Below, piece by piece: positions 17,323 to 26,139 of a stretch of DNA of 41,919 bases. The notes under the pieces were generated by a model. It did no database searches, had not been told where the DNA came from, and saw only the letters and a program-made list of their open reading frames with translations. Position numbers and translations under genes: made by a program. Position 1 is the first letter of the stretch. Every line of letters starts with the position of its first letter. The stretch comes from a virus. Location: the IMG/VR virus record IMGVR_UViG_3300043039_000053. One strand, written 5' to 3'.

Positions 17323-17760
17323 TTATGCCGGGGCGGTACGGTTGCGCGGTGCAATGACGATGTCGTCACGGTCACCCGCGGTGAGGGTTGCGCCTTCGCC
17401 GTCGTAGTACGCGATCACGACCGCATCAAGACCGGCAGCGGCCATTTGGCCAGAGGCGTTCACGGTCAGCGCGTCGCCCTTGGCGTACGTGCCGGCGGCG
17501 AACCGAGCGGTGTATTCCTGCTCAGGCTCAAGGCGATAGGCAGCGCCAGTGTCGCCTGCGAGGTAAGCCGTGTCCGGGCCTTGCCCGTAAAAGCGACGGT
17601 TGGACAGCAGGAACACGCGGCCTTCGCCGTCGGCGGCCTGGGTCAGTTCAGCGCCGTCAGAGGTGACGAAGATGCCCGGCAGGTATGCGCCAGCTACGGG
17701 CAGGTTAATGGTCTCCGGTTCGCGTTCGACCGGGCCTCTGTATATACAATTTGCAGTCAT
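17323..17760 (-). CDS. head decoration-like protein
   Basis: ATG 17760 forms an ATGA overlap with the HNH stop. 145 aa, Gly/Ala-rich, immediately upstream of the capsid gene. Confidence 0.45.
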   Translation of the reverse strand: MTANCIYRGPVEREPETINLPVAGAYLPGIFVTSDGAELTQAADGEGRVFLLSNRRFYGQGPDTAYLAGDTGAAYRLEPEQEYTARFAAGTYAKGDALTVNASGQMAAAGLDAVVIAYYDGEGATLTAGDRDDIVIAPRNRTAPA

Positions 17761-18377
17761 ATCGAGACTCTCTCTTCTGATAACCACGCCCAGGTGCGCA
17801 TGGCTCTAATTCCATCTACCGTACTGCTGGATACGCCGAACTTCATAGCCATATCCGAAGAAGACACGGTGCCTTTGGTTTTGCGGATCAAGCGCACTTG
17901 ATCCTCAGTCAACTTATGGCATCCATGCCGTTCGCCTCTGTTCGTAGTTCCATGCTCAATTTTATCACGCTCATTATCTTGCGTAGTTTTCCACGAAAGA
18001 TGCAGGGGATTCACACAACCGCTTGAGCCTTTGCCGCACGAATGCGCAGCTTCCAGGCCCTGCAATTCCGGCTCCCCGTGAGCCATGATGCACATTAAAC
18101 GAGATGCCAACATAGGCGAGCCATTTACGTTTATTTGACCATACCCGTGAACATTTCTTGAGTATGGCCAATATAAGCATGCCTGACCTTTGTGGAAAAC
18201 GTGGTCCTTCAACCACTCTTCCGCCTCGCCTTTGCCGGTGCCGCCACCGTTTACGTCGCCATGCCTCGCAAGACGCTTGCGATGAGAGTTGCAATAGCCC
18301 TTCCTGCCTCCGGCAGAGTGACTAGCATCTCTTTCGCATTCGCTTACAAGGCATTGCTTGTGAATGATGGCGGTCAT
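17757..18377 (-). CDS. HNH-type homing endonuclease
   Basis: 206 aa. CxxC...CNSH, then LEAAHSCGKGSSGCVNPLHLSWKTTQDN is an HNH_3-like core, followed by a C-terminal HTH-like tail. It lies between the scaffold and decoration genes. Confidence 0.75.
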   Translation of the reverse strand: MTAIIHKQCLVSECERDASHSAGGRKGYCNSHRKRLARHGDVNGGGTGKGEAEEWLKDHVFHKGQACLYWPYSRNVHGYGQINVNGSPMLASRLMCIMAHGEPELQGLEAAHSCGKGSSGCVNPLHLSWKTTQDNERDKIEHGTTNRGERHGCHKLTEDQVRLIRKTKGTVSSSDMAMKFGVSSSTVDGIRAMRTWAWLSEERVSI

Positions 18378-18384
18378 CTCGATA

Positions 18385-19530
18385 TCACTCTTTAGCAGCT
18401 TTATCCAGATTGGCGTTCAGATCCACGCCTTTCCATGGGTCTTCTTCGTCGGCATTGGTCTGGAAGCCGCCAACCGCACCAGCAGCAGGGCCGGCGGGCT
18501 TGCACTTGGCAGCCAGGGCCTTAGCGGCGTTCACGTCCAGAGCCTTGGCGGTCTCTTCGTCCAGCAGGTTCGCCTTCACGATCTGCTCAACGTAGCCCTG
18601 GCGCTCGGCTTCTTCCGCCTTCTTGGCGTTGGCTTCCATCGCGTCCAGGCGTTGGGTAATGGGGGTCAGCAGCGGTTTCAGGGCCTCAGCAACAGCCTCA
18701 GCGCCGGAGTTCGCCACCAGTGTGTCTACTTTGCCAGACAGCTCGGCAAAGTCTTTCTCAGATACAGGCATGGTATCGTCCTCGTCTTGGTTAGCGATCA
18801 GGCCGTTGTCGGCCCTGTCGTCGTCAGTCAGTCCTTTGAGCAGGTCACGCAGGGCTTCCATGATACCGCGTTTCTTTTCCGTTCGCTCTTGCTTGGCTTG
18901 CTGATAGATCATCTCGTCAGCAACCGCCTCCAGAAATTCTTCCGGGAGGTCTACGTTTTGGGCGTCCATCTCTTCGCCCTGGCTGTTCACGTAGATGCCC
19001 ACGCCCTGCTCAGGCGTTGCGGCTCCCGGCTCGTCCAGCAGGATAGCGTCATGGTCGAACGCCATGTTCGTGGCTACCCGGTCGTAACCGTCGCCTTTCT
19101 CCGGCATCGTTTCGAGCATGACGCCGGTAGACGTGTGGATCGGCTTCTGTTCGTTGATGGCCGCCAGCAGGTCCTCGCCGCGCGGGTGGCGCTTGGCAAC
19201 ATCTACGTCGATCACCTTGTCCAAAAACACCCGGCCATTCTCGCGCCGTACGTTCTCGTTGTACGCGCCGACCCATCCAAGGTTAATCCCTTGTGGGCTC
19301 TGGGCAGAGATGAACTTGCCGTTCACCATCGGATGCCCCAAAGGTGCCGGTGTGTTGTTCAGGGTCTGGTAGGAGTTGGCGATAACCTCAGCAGGATAGC
19401 GAATGCCGTTCATAGTGACATCATCGGGCAAAGTCGCAGACGGAACCACGATCACCTCGCGCCCGTTGCGGGTCTCCCTTCGAATCGCGGAGTTGACCAC
19501 GCGGGAGCGGATGTTGACGCGTAACGTCAT
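18385..19530 (-). CDS. prohead protease/scaffold protein (DUF2213-like N-terminus, coiled-coil C-terminus)
   Basis: 381 aa with an acidic helical C-terminal half. Position is upstream of the capsid gene. The family call is recalled. Confidence 0.6.
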   Translation of the reverse strand: MTLRVNIRSRVVNSAIRRETRNGREVIVVPSATLPDDVTMNGIRYPAEVIANSYQTLNNTPAPLGHPMVNGKFISAQSPQGINLGWVGAYNENVRRENGRVFLDKVIDVDVAKRHPRGEDLLAAINEQKPIHTSTGVMLETMPEKGDGYDRVATNMAFDHDAILLDEPGAATPEQGVGIYVNSQGEEMDAQNVDLPEEFLEAVADEMIYQQAKQERTEKKRGIMEALRDLLKGLTDDDRADNGLIANQDEDDTMPVSEKDFAELSGKVDTLVANSGAEAVAEALKPLLTPITQRLDAMEANAKKAEEAERQGYVEQIVKANLLDEETAKALDVNAAKALAAKCKPAGPAAGAVGGFQTNADEEDPWKGVDLNANLDKAAKE

Positions 19531-19573
19531 GGTGCTGGCCTCTGTTGCTGGTGTTTCTTGAGGCTATATACGC

Positions 19574-19602
19574 AAAAAGCCCCAAGGTCAAACCTTTGGG
19601 GC
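19574..19602 (-). terminator. terminator-like hairpin overlapping a possible promoter
   Basis: The minus strand reads GCCCCAAAGG-uuuga-CCUUGGGGC followed by UUUUU. TTGACC...TATATA overlaps the 3' arm. Confidence 0.5.
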
Positions 19603-19672
19603 AGTATAACAGGGTTTTTTGTGGGGGCAAAGGTTGCGCTGATCTGATGTAGGTCATGCGACACCCAGGCAC

Positions 19673-19695
19673 AAAAAAGCCCGCACGGGGCGGGC
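19673..19695 (-). terminator. rho-independent terminator after the MuF-like gene
   Basis: The minus strand reads GCCCGC-cccgu-GCGGGC followed by UUUUUU. Confidence 0.7.
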
Positions 19696-19716
19696 AAGGG
19701 CTGGTGCTGCAATCGT

Positions 19717-20598
19717 TTAGCCGGTGTAGGCGGAGCGGACTTCCTGCACGAACTTCGGGTTTAGTGGCTCTCCGTCTTCATTTACCGCTACGGACGCCTG
19801 ACTACATTTGCAGTTAATTTGCTCCCCACCTTGCGAATAAAATTCCCTAACCTCTTCATTTGTAAGCAGAGTCCCATGTTTCGCCATATGGCTTTGACGA
19901 CTGGTAGGGCTTAAAGCGCTGTACCACAACAACTTAGTCCTAACCCCAAGCCTACGGTTCGCATCGGCGTCCTCATCAAGCCGCGATCTCCGGTAAGCCT
20001 GCGTGATTTCGGTCCTAGCAATACGGCTGGCCCTCGACTGCGAAACCCCGAACCGCTGCCGGACATCCTCGGCTACCTCGCGTGGGTTCAGGCCGTTCTC
20101 CACCCCCACCCGAAGCACCCGGGCCAAGTCGTTGGCCGTGTCGCCCTCGAACGCCTCCATCTGCTCGAAGACCCGGCTTTCGATCATGGCGATCCGGGTC
20201 AGCCAGGAATCCGACCTCAACACCTCCGCCAGCGTCCGGTTGTACTGCTCACCGGCAATGTTCTGCAGGTTGATCACCTCTTGCCCGGTGCCCTGCGTGT
20301 ACGCTTCCCGGACGTAGCCGAGCCAGCGGCGCTTAGTGGTCTCGCTTGCCACGCGCTGCACCAGTTCCGCCACAATGGCGTTAAGCCGTTCTGCGCTGAT
20401 CTGGTAGACGTAGCGATTGACGTGCAGGCGGCCGACGTTGGCGGCGATCTCCTGGCGGGGGATCTCGTCGAACTGCTGGAGCAGCCACTTCTGAACCTGC
20501 TTAATGTGCGCGGCCCAATCCCGTCGGGCCTTACGGATTCTCGCCGTTTGCCCGACCGGATTGCTCGGGTGCTTTGGCTTAGCGGGGTTACCGGCCAT
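19717..20598 (-). CDS. head morphogenesis protein (Mu F / SPP1 gp7-like)
   Basis: 293 aa. ARTEITQAYRRSRL...LLWYSALSPTSRQSHMAKHG matches the MuF-like core (recalled). It overlaps the portal stop. Confidence 0.8.
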   Translation of the reverse strand: MAGNPAKPKHPSNPVGQTARIRKARRDWAAHIKQVQKWLLQQFDEIPRQEIAANVGRLHVNRYVYQISAERLNAIVAELVQRVASETTKRRWLGYVREAYTQGTGQEVINLQNIAGEQYNRTLAEVLRSDSWLTRIAMIESRVFEQMEAFEGDTANDLARVLRVGVENGLNPREVAEDVRQRFGVSQSRASRIARTEITQAYRRSRLDEDADANRRLGVRTKLLWYSALSPTSRQSHMAKHGTLLTNEEVREFYSQGGEQINCKCSQASVAVNEDGEPLNPKFVQEVRSAYTG

Positions 20599-22030
20599 CG
20601 TCGCCTCGCCACACGTTCACCACGAGGCGCTTGGCGTTAGCCGCGACCGGTTCCGCCTCGATATCTTCGGCGTCCGGGTCCAGGGCGTCTACGTCGTCTC
20701 GGGGCTCATAACCCATGGCCTCGCGGATCTCGTCAGCCGTGAACACTTCGCTGCCCAACGCCAGGTGCTTCTGGTTGATATCCGCCATGGTCTTGCCCTG
20801 TTCCTGCTTCTGGGCCATGGTCGGGGCGGTAAAGTCCGGCCAGCTCACGAACCAGTCTAACCGGGCGTCGATCATGCCCCGGTCGATCAGCCATTCCAGG
20901 ATGCGGCGGATGTTGGGGGTGCAGTACGTGGATGCGCGGGATGCGGCGAACTGGCCAAAGCCCTTTTCGTCTTCGGTGCTGGAGCGCTCGCCCTGCTGGT
21001 TGCCGATGAGCAAGCGCGTAGGCGTCTTGAAGCCGGCAGCGACTTGGTTGAACTCGGCTTCCAGGAACTCCTGCGGCTGTGGCAGGTTGACGCTGGGGAA
21101 GGTCGGCTTGAGGCCCTGCGTGACCACGAGGTTATCGAGGCCGCTGTTCCAGTCACTGACCTCTTCGCCCAGCGCGTCCTTGATCTCGTCGACACTGTCC
21201 ACCCCGAGCGCCGCTGCCAGGCTGTGCAGGTTGGCGGACGGGTCGATGTCGTACATCGGGCTCTGACGGCAGTTCTTCCAGAACCCTTCACCGCCCGCGC
21301 CGGCAATCTTCTGGATGTTGATCAGGCTGTTCAGTACGGACTTGATCACTGACCGCCCGTGCGGCTTGCCGTCCTGCGACCAGACCCACACGCGGTCCGG
21401 ATGCACGTCGAACGAGCGCTGATTGTACCCGGCAGAGCTGTCCACGTTTTTGCGGGGCAGGGCGCACTCGTTGTACTGGTACATCGTGGGCTTGCCGTAG
21501 TCTTCCCGAGACTGATCGGTTACCCAGTCGGTTACCTTGAGCTGCCCCTGAAACGCGGGGATAAGCTCAAGAATGGCGTCAAGGCCGCCCTGAACGCGCC
21601 CCTCAAGCGGCTGGTTAAATTGCTTACCGTCCCGCACCCTGACGATAATCCCGGCGTACTCTCCGACCCGGCTGTACTCATCGGCCTGCTTGCACACGCG
21701 CCACAGATCGACCCGCTCGGCAAACTCTCTAAGCGTGCGCTCTGCCATGGTCTCGTCGTGCGGATCGTCACCGCCCTGCAGCAGCCATGGTGTCTCCATC
21801 CAGATGCGGTCTACGATCTTGGTGACGCCGGCGTAGGCCAGCGGGTTGCGGTCGTACTGATCGTAGAAGTCCCGGAACGTCGGGGCGATTGGCCACCCGT
21901 AGTCCTGGTAGGCCTTGTCGTGTTTGGTGTCGCCGGACGGGTTGATGTGACTCATGTCCCGCTGCAGGCTCATGGCGCGGTTCACGGCCATGGCGGCGAG
22001 CTGGACTAAGCCTGTGTTCGTGTCTGTCAT
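20588..22030 (-). CDS. portal protein
   Basis: 480 aa, immediately downstream of terL and upstream of the MuF-like gene. Confidence 0.8.
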   Translation of the reverse strand: MTDTNTGLVQLAAMAVNRAMSLQRDMSHINPSGDTKHDKAYQDYGWPIAPTFRDFYDQYDRNPLAYAGVTKIVDRIWMETPWLLQGGDDPHDETMAERTLREFAERVDLWRVCKQADEYSRVGEYAGIIVRVRDGKQFNQPLEGRVQGGLDAILELIPAFQGQLKVTDWVTDQSREDYGKPTMYQYNECALPRKNVDSSAGYNQRSFDVHPDRVWVWSQDGKPHGRSVIKSVLNSLINIQKIAGAGGEGFWKNCRQSPMYDIDPSANLHSLAAALGVDSVDEIKDALGEEVSDWNSGLDNLVVTQGLKPTFPSVNLPQPQEFLEAEFNQVAAGFKTPTRLLIGNQQGERSSTEDEKGFGQFAASRASTYCTPNIRRILEWLIDRGMIDARLDWFVSWPDFTAPTMAQKQEQGKTMADINQKHLALGSEVFTADEIREAMGYEPRDDVDALDPDAEDIEAEPVAANAKRLVVNVWRGDDGR

Positions 22031-22070
22031 GGTGCGGCCCTCTGATGATTGGCCCTAGGATAGCATTTCA

Positions 22071-23339
22071 TTACGCGGACCGCCTACGGCCTCGGAGTTG
22101 TGGGCGTTGTTTGCGGCGGAGGATGGTGGCGCCGGCGCCCTTGATCATGGGCTCTACGGAGTACCTGAGCGCGTCAATAAAGTGGTTGAAGTCATCGGCA
22201 GGCTTATTGGTTGCCTTGCCTTCCTTGTCAACCGCCCACGCGTAGTTGCCAAACTCGGTCATAAACTCAACCAAGTGGCTATTCACGACAATCTCAAACT
22301 CAAGCAAAAAATCAATGCCTGCGTTCACGGAGTCTTTGCCCTTCATTGCGCCCTCGATGCGCACGCCTTTGCCGTGAATGTAATCAATGGATTTCGGCTC
22401 TGCGCTGTCAGCAATCGTCTTATGCTTATGCGCCAGCATGGCTTTAATCTTTTCGGCTATCTCCGCGTTCTGCATCCCGGTTTCATAGAAGCCGTCATAA
22501 ACGTAAATGCGCTTGTTGATCAGATCCACATAGGACTGGTGGAACGCCGTCGGGTCATTGGTATAGCCAAAGTCCAAGCCCTGCACACATTCAAGACCCC
22601 TAATCTCATCCTCTCGGATCAGCCTGGCGGTTGCGTTGTTGAATACCAGCCCTTCTGCCGTACCCCAGTTGCCAAGCGCGTAGATATTGTAATAGCGCGG
22701 ATTGGTCTTTTTCTTGTTCTCCATGACCATGCGGTAGTCTTTATCTATGAAGGCATTGTCTAGGTAGGTCGTATGGAGGGTAAATGCGCCATCAATAGGA
22801 TCATCGAAAAAGACCTTCTTAATCCAGTGCTGTTCGCTAATAGGGTTCAGTGTCAGGATGATCTGTTTCGGATATTTCGTTTGGCCGCGCAGGCGCAAAT
22901 CCAGTTGCTCAAAATCCTCTTGCGTGAACTCGGTTGCCTCCTCCATCCATACGCCGGTAATCCCCTCGATTGATTTCAGCTTCTCTGGGTCATCCATGCC
23001 GGTGAATAGCAGCTGAGAACCGTTCGACCTGTAGGTGATGGTCAGGTCGGTGTGATTAAACTCGAACTCATCGTAAAGGCCCCATCGGGATATGATGGCC
23101 TTGAACAGCGTGAAAACGGAGCGCTTCAATGTGCGGTTGACTTTACGGGCTATCAGTATTTTGTGTTGGCAGTCGGATTCTTTCAGGAGCCGGTACAGCC
23201 ACTTGCGGGCAACAATGTGCGATTTGCCGGAACCTGCGCCGCCCCATAGGACTTGGTAGCGGCTTTGATCTGTAAAGGCCGGGACAAAAGCGGGAGAGTT
23301 ATCCTTAACGTGCTTTCTGAATAAGGCGAGGTTTACCAT
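22071..23339 (-). CDS. terL: terminase large subunit (PBSX/Terminase_3-like)
   Basis: 422 aa with Walker A (GGAGSGKS) near the N-terminus. It overlaps the terS stop. Confidence 0.9.
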   Translation of the reverse strand: MVNLALFRKHVKDNSPAFVPAFTDQSRYQVLWGGAGSGKSHIVARKWLYRLLKESDCQHKILIARKVNRTLKRSVFTLFKAIISRWGLYDEFEFNHTDLTITYRSNGSQLLFTGMDDPEKLKSIEGITGVWMEEATEFTQEDFEQLDLRLRGQTKYPKQIILTLNPISEQHWIKKVFFDDPIDGAFTLHTTYLDNAFIDKDYRMVMENKKKTNPRYYNIYALGNWGTAEGLVFNNATARLIREDEIRGLECVQGLDFGYTNDPTAFHQSYVDLINKRIYVYDGFYETGMQNAEIAEKIKAMLAHKHKTIADSAEPKSIDYIHGKGVRIEGAMKGKDSVNAGIDFLLEFEIVVNSHLVEFMTEFGNYAWAVDKEGKATNKPADDFNHFIDALRYSVEPMIKGAGATILRRKQRPQLRGRRRSA

Positions 23340-23776
23340 TCATGGGAGCCGTCGTCTGTCACTTTGTGAGTGTGGTCTACAGCGGACTTGTCAGACAGGC
23401 CCAAATCTCGGGCAATGATATTGGCGTTCAGCAGGTCAGCCGCAGCACCCGCGAACTTCTGAGAGTAGATCACTTCCTCGGCCCGCGTAATGACTTCGGA
23501 ATAATCATCTTGATTTCGCCACTCGTTCCATGTGCCGCGATTGATATCAAGGAACAAGCAAAGCCCGGCGATCGTCATGGCTCGCATCTTCGGCACTTCG
23601 ATTAACGTAGCCTGCCCCTGAAACTTGACCGTCTCAGATTCGTACAGCGGGTTATCTTCCACCCACTGGAAATACTCGCAGCAGGCATCCCACAGCGTGT
23701 CAGCGGACTCAAAGAGTCGCTTTCTGCCGTGCTTGGTTCTTGCCTTCCAAAATTGGTTCCCGAGAGGTGCTGCCAT
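23333..23776 (-). CDS. terS: terminase small subunit
   Basis: Start taken at ATG 23776 ([18 protein letters not shown]...), because the longer track ORF runs through a terminator hairpin. It is coupled to terL. Confidence 0.65.
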   Translation of the reverse strand: MAAPLGNQFWKARTKHGRKRLFESADTLWDACCEYFQWVEDNPLYESETVKFQGQATLIEVPKMRAMTIAGLCLFLDINRGTWNEWRNQDDYSEVITRAEEVIYSQKFAGAAADLLNANIIARDLGLSDKSAVDHTHKVTDDGSHEW

Positions 23777-23782
23777 ACCAAA

Positions 23783-23802
23783 AGTATAGCCTCTGCTAGA
23801 GG
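23783..23802 (-). promoter_or_regulatory. candidate late promoter -10 (TATACT) plus 5-bp inverted repeat just upstream of terS
   Basis: TATACT ends 6 nt before the terS ATG, and no SD is present. CCTCT-gct-AGAGG sits in the spacer position, and the -35 position is only a T-run. Confidence 0.3.
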
Positions 23803-23805
23803 AAT

Positions 23806-23828
23806 AAAAAAGCCCGCGTAATGCGGGC
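23806..23828 (-). terminator. rho-independent terminator closing the four-gene accessory operon
   Basis: The minus strand reads GCCCGC-auuac-GCGGGC followed by UUUUUU. Confidence 0.8.
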
Positions 23829-24012
23829 AAGTGAGCTAACAACGGAATGCCCCGATTACTGCCGCCATCGGGGGTGGGCGGGGAAGATGGCCCCATCGTG
23901 CCAAAGGCAGAGGCCGGGGAGTTGCCCACCAAGGCGACCGCTGTCTCGCAATCCATTAGGCGGGCAGTGTGGCAGCCGACCCGGAATGACCAGCCTGGCG
24001 CGTGCCACGGGG

Positions 24013-24435
24013 TTAGTATAACCGCATCCGCACAATAAACACCATTGCCTCACCGAGCAAACCTACCTGCGGCTGCACCCGATAGCGTGTATACGTCAGT
24101 GCCGGGTAGGCCATGGGGCAAACCTTGGTATTATCGCCCTCACGCCCCGCACCGTAGCAGCGTTCATAGCCGCGCATAACGCCAGCGTGTAACGACCCCC
24201 GCCAATGCCCCCACTGTCTCTGCCAGCCATACCCCGCAACCCATGTCTCGCGGCCATAGGAGTTCGTGAACGTCCCGGCCATGTAGTTTTTATACTCGAC
24301 AAGCGTGGCCTTGTGGGTCTCGGTGTAGTCGCCTGAGCTTAGGTGTGTTGACCAGCCGCCGGCCAACAGGGCTAGTTCTGCGTGGGCTGGGTTGCAGGCG
24401 GCTAGGAGGAGTGCTAGGAGGATCGCGAGTTTCAT
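24013..24435 (-). CDS. secreted/lipoprotein small outer-membrane beta-barrel protein, PagP-like
   Basis: ATG 24435 (ATGA overlap) gives the signal [29 protein letters not shown] and the terminal ...VRMRLY resemble Pag[11 protein letters not shown] and ...MRFQF (recalled alignment). Confidence 0.4.
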   Translation of the reverse strand: MKLAILLALLLAACNPAHAELALLAGGWSTHLSSGDYTETHKATLVEYKNYMAGTFTNSYGRETWVAGYGWQRQWGHWRGSLHAGVMRGYERCYGAGREGDNTKVCPMAYPALTYTRYRVQPQVGLLGEAMVFIVRMRLY

Positions 24436-24752
24436 GGTTTGGGCTCCAGGTTGTCGAGTTCGGCGAGGAGGGCGCGGGCAGCTTCCTGAGCTTGCGCACT
24501 TGGCATTATCGGATCGTCTTGTATCGCCCTGCACTCACCGTGCGCCACCCAAGCCAAAGTCGCAGTTACTTCCCGCAAAGCCTCCCGCAAGCGGTCGTAG
24601 TTGTTGACGCAGTGTACGATGTGGCGCGTCAGATCAGGCGTCGCACCGATTAGCTCAATAATGCATCCATCTTGATCAACGATGCTGCAGTCCATCCCAA
24701 AATCAAGTGGGCTTACCTCGAGCTCAGCTCTGAGGCTGTATGGCTCACTCAT
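24432..24752 (-). CDS. hypothetical protein (106 aa)
   Basis: ATG 24752 overlaps the upstream stop (ATGAGTGA) and is preceded by GGGGA. It ends in an ATGA overlap. Confidence 0.55.
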   Translation of the reverse strand: MSEPYSLRAELEVSPLDFGMDCSIVDQDGCIIELIGATPDLTRHIVHCVNNYDRLREALREVTATLAWVAHGECRAIQDDPIMPSAQAQEAARALLAELDNLEPKP

Positions 24753-24939
24753 TGTTATTATCCCCGCCCTTAACGGCGCTTTGGTTGTTGGTGGCAGGCT
24801 TACCCGCGTTAAGCACCTTATGCGCCTCCACGGCCTTCCTGAGGCCGTCAGCGTAGCCGTTGCCGATCTGGGCCAGGTAGTCATAGTCCTCTTGCTTGAT
24901 GTAGAGGTTTCGGCGGTTTTTGTCGGTTGGGCGGGTCAT
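24745..24939 (-). CDS. small protein, possibly ribbon-helix-helix
   Basis: 64 aa. RRNLYIKQEDYDYLAQI has a beta-strand-then-helix pattern typical of RHH proteins. TAATG overlap with the upstream gene. Confidence 0.45.
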   Translation of the reverse strand: MTRPTDKNRRNLYIKQEDYDYLAQIGNGYADGLRKAVEAHKVLNAGKPATNNQSAVKGGDNNNE

Positions 24940-26105
24940 TAGATCGGCTCCCCGTTGATGTCTTCGGACAGGCTGAGAATCTTATCAAACAGCCAGTTTT
25001 GCATTTTTCGGTCGAAGTCCTTGCAGCCCAACTTGTTGTGCACCCACTCCTCCATAAGCGTGCTGGCAAGTTGCTTTGTGCCCATCTGAAACGGCAGCTC
25101 TGACAGGTAAATCACGCCATCCAGTGCGCGGCCCATCACGCCATCGCCTAGCCCCGAGACCGTTTTGATCGGGAAAATATTCACGCTCACGTCAATCTTT
25201 GCCAGATGGCTAACGGCCTTATCAAGCATCTTGCGCTGAACGGCGGTCATCTCAAACTCTGGCCAATCGCCTTTGATGGCATCGACCTTGGAGGCAACAA
25301 CACGGGCGGACTCGCAGACACCGGCATCCGATTTCATCAGCTCGCCGCAAACCTCAAGAAACGCATCGCTTGCCCGCCAATCTGGGTCAAAGCCAATCCT
25401 TGCCTCGCCATGCTCGCCTCCGCGCAACACCTTACGCAGCATTGCCTTATCCGAGCAGTGATTTTGCCAAGTGCGCTGAATGGGCCAGAACAACTGGTAG
25501 TCGTGCTTTGCGGTTCGGTCTTCGGTCAAATCAACCGTGCCGGTTATGTTGTAGCTGAAAAGCTGATTATCTACCGCGTTACGAACCGCCACACCGCGAT
25601 AGTAGATGAACGGCTTGCCGCCCTTAAAAACTTGAACGCCACCCGTATCAAGCAATGGCTCACCGTCGATAAAATAGTCTCTCTGCTGTGTGAACGCCCG
25701 GAAAATTTCTTGGCAATCGACCTCGATCACCGTGTCGTAGTTTGAGTCGATCCCGCCCGCAATGACGCCGCCCTCATCCCTGGCGTTGCAGTACAGCTCA
25801 CGAAACGCCATCCAAGGTTCCCAGTTGATCCCCATGCGGGTCGTAAATCCGGCAGGCTGATCATTGACGTACACAACGCCAAATTCTTTTCCCCGGATCT
25901 CTTCACGCTTGGCGGTAAACTCAAACATGCCGCTGACCGTCGAAACCTTGATCGACCCGCCAAGGCGCAACACGATGGCGACAGCGTACTTAAAGCCGGT
26001 ACCGAAAAACCCAATGGCCTCGTCGTTGTCTTTGGCCGACACGCCCATGGTCATCATGGCGCGAATGTCAAAATCGCCGTTGTTCATGAAATAGACTTTG
26101 CTCAT
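24939..26105 (-). CDS. hypothetical 388-aa protein (first gene of the accessory operon)
   Basis: ATG 26105 follows GGGGAAG. It contains IGFFGTGFKYA and RELYCNARDEGG, which resemble GHKL G2 and N boxes but in the reverse of the canonical order. Confidence 0.6.
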   Translation of the reverse strand: MSKVYFMNNGDFDIRAMMTMGVSAKDNDEAIGFFGTGFKYAVAIVLRLGGSIKVSTVSGMFEFTAKREEIRGKEFGVVYVNDQPAGFTTRMGINWEPWMAFRELYCNARDEGGVIAGGIDSNYDTVIEVDCQEIFRAFTQQRDYFIDGEPLLDTGGVQVFKGGKPFIYYRGVAVRNAVDNQLFSYNITGTVDLTEDRTAKHDYQLFWPIQRTWQNHCSDKAMLRKVLRGGEHGEARIGFDPDWRASDAFLEVCGELMKSDAGVCESARVVASKVDAIKGDWPEFEMTAVQRKMLDKAVSHLAKIDVSVNIFPIKTVSGLGDGVMGRALDGVIYLSELPFQMGTKQLASTLMEEWVHNKLGCKDFDRKMQNWLFDKILSLSEDINGEPI

Positions 26106-26139
26106 CTCATCTTCCCCGTTCCGTTGTCTTGATAATTCT

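Noticed and set aside
16314-17357. 347-aa plus-strand ORF antisense to the major capsid gene. The same applies to 18364-19524, antisense to the scaffold gene.
   Set aside because: Both are fully antisense to genes with clear functional motifs and operon context. Their translations are low-complexity and Arg/Gly/Val/His-rich. Long stop-free antisense frames are expected at this GC content.
23777-23956. N-terminal 60-codon extension of the terS ORF
   Set aside because: The extension would translate through the terminator hairpin and U-tract (23806-23828). The recognisable terS sequence begins at ATG 23776.
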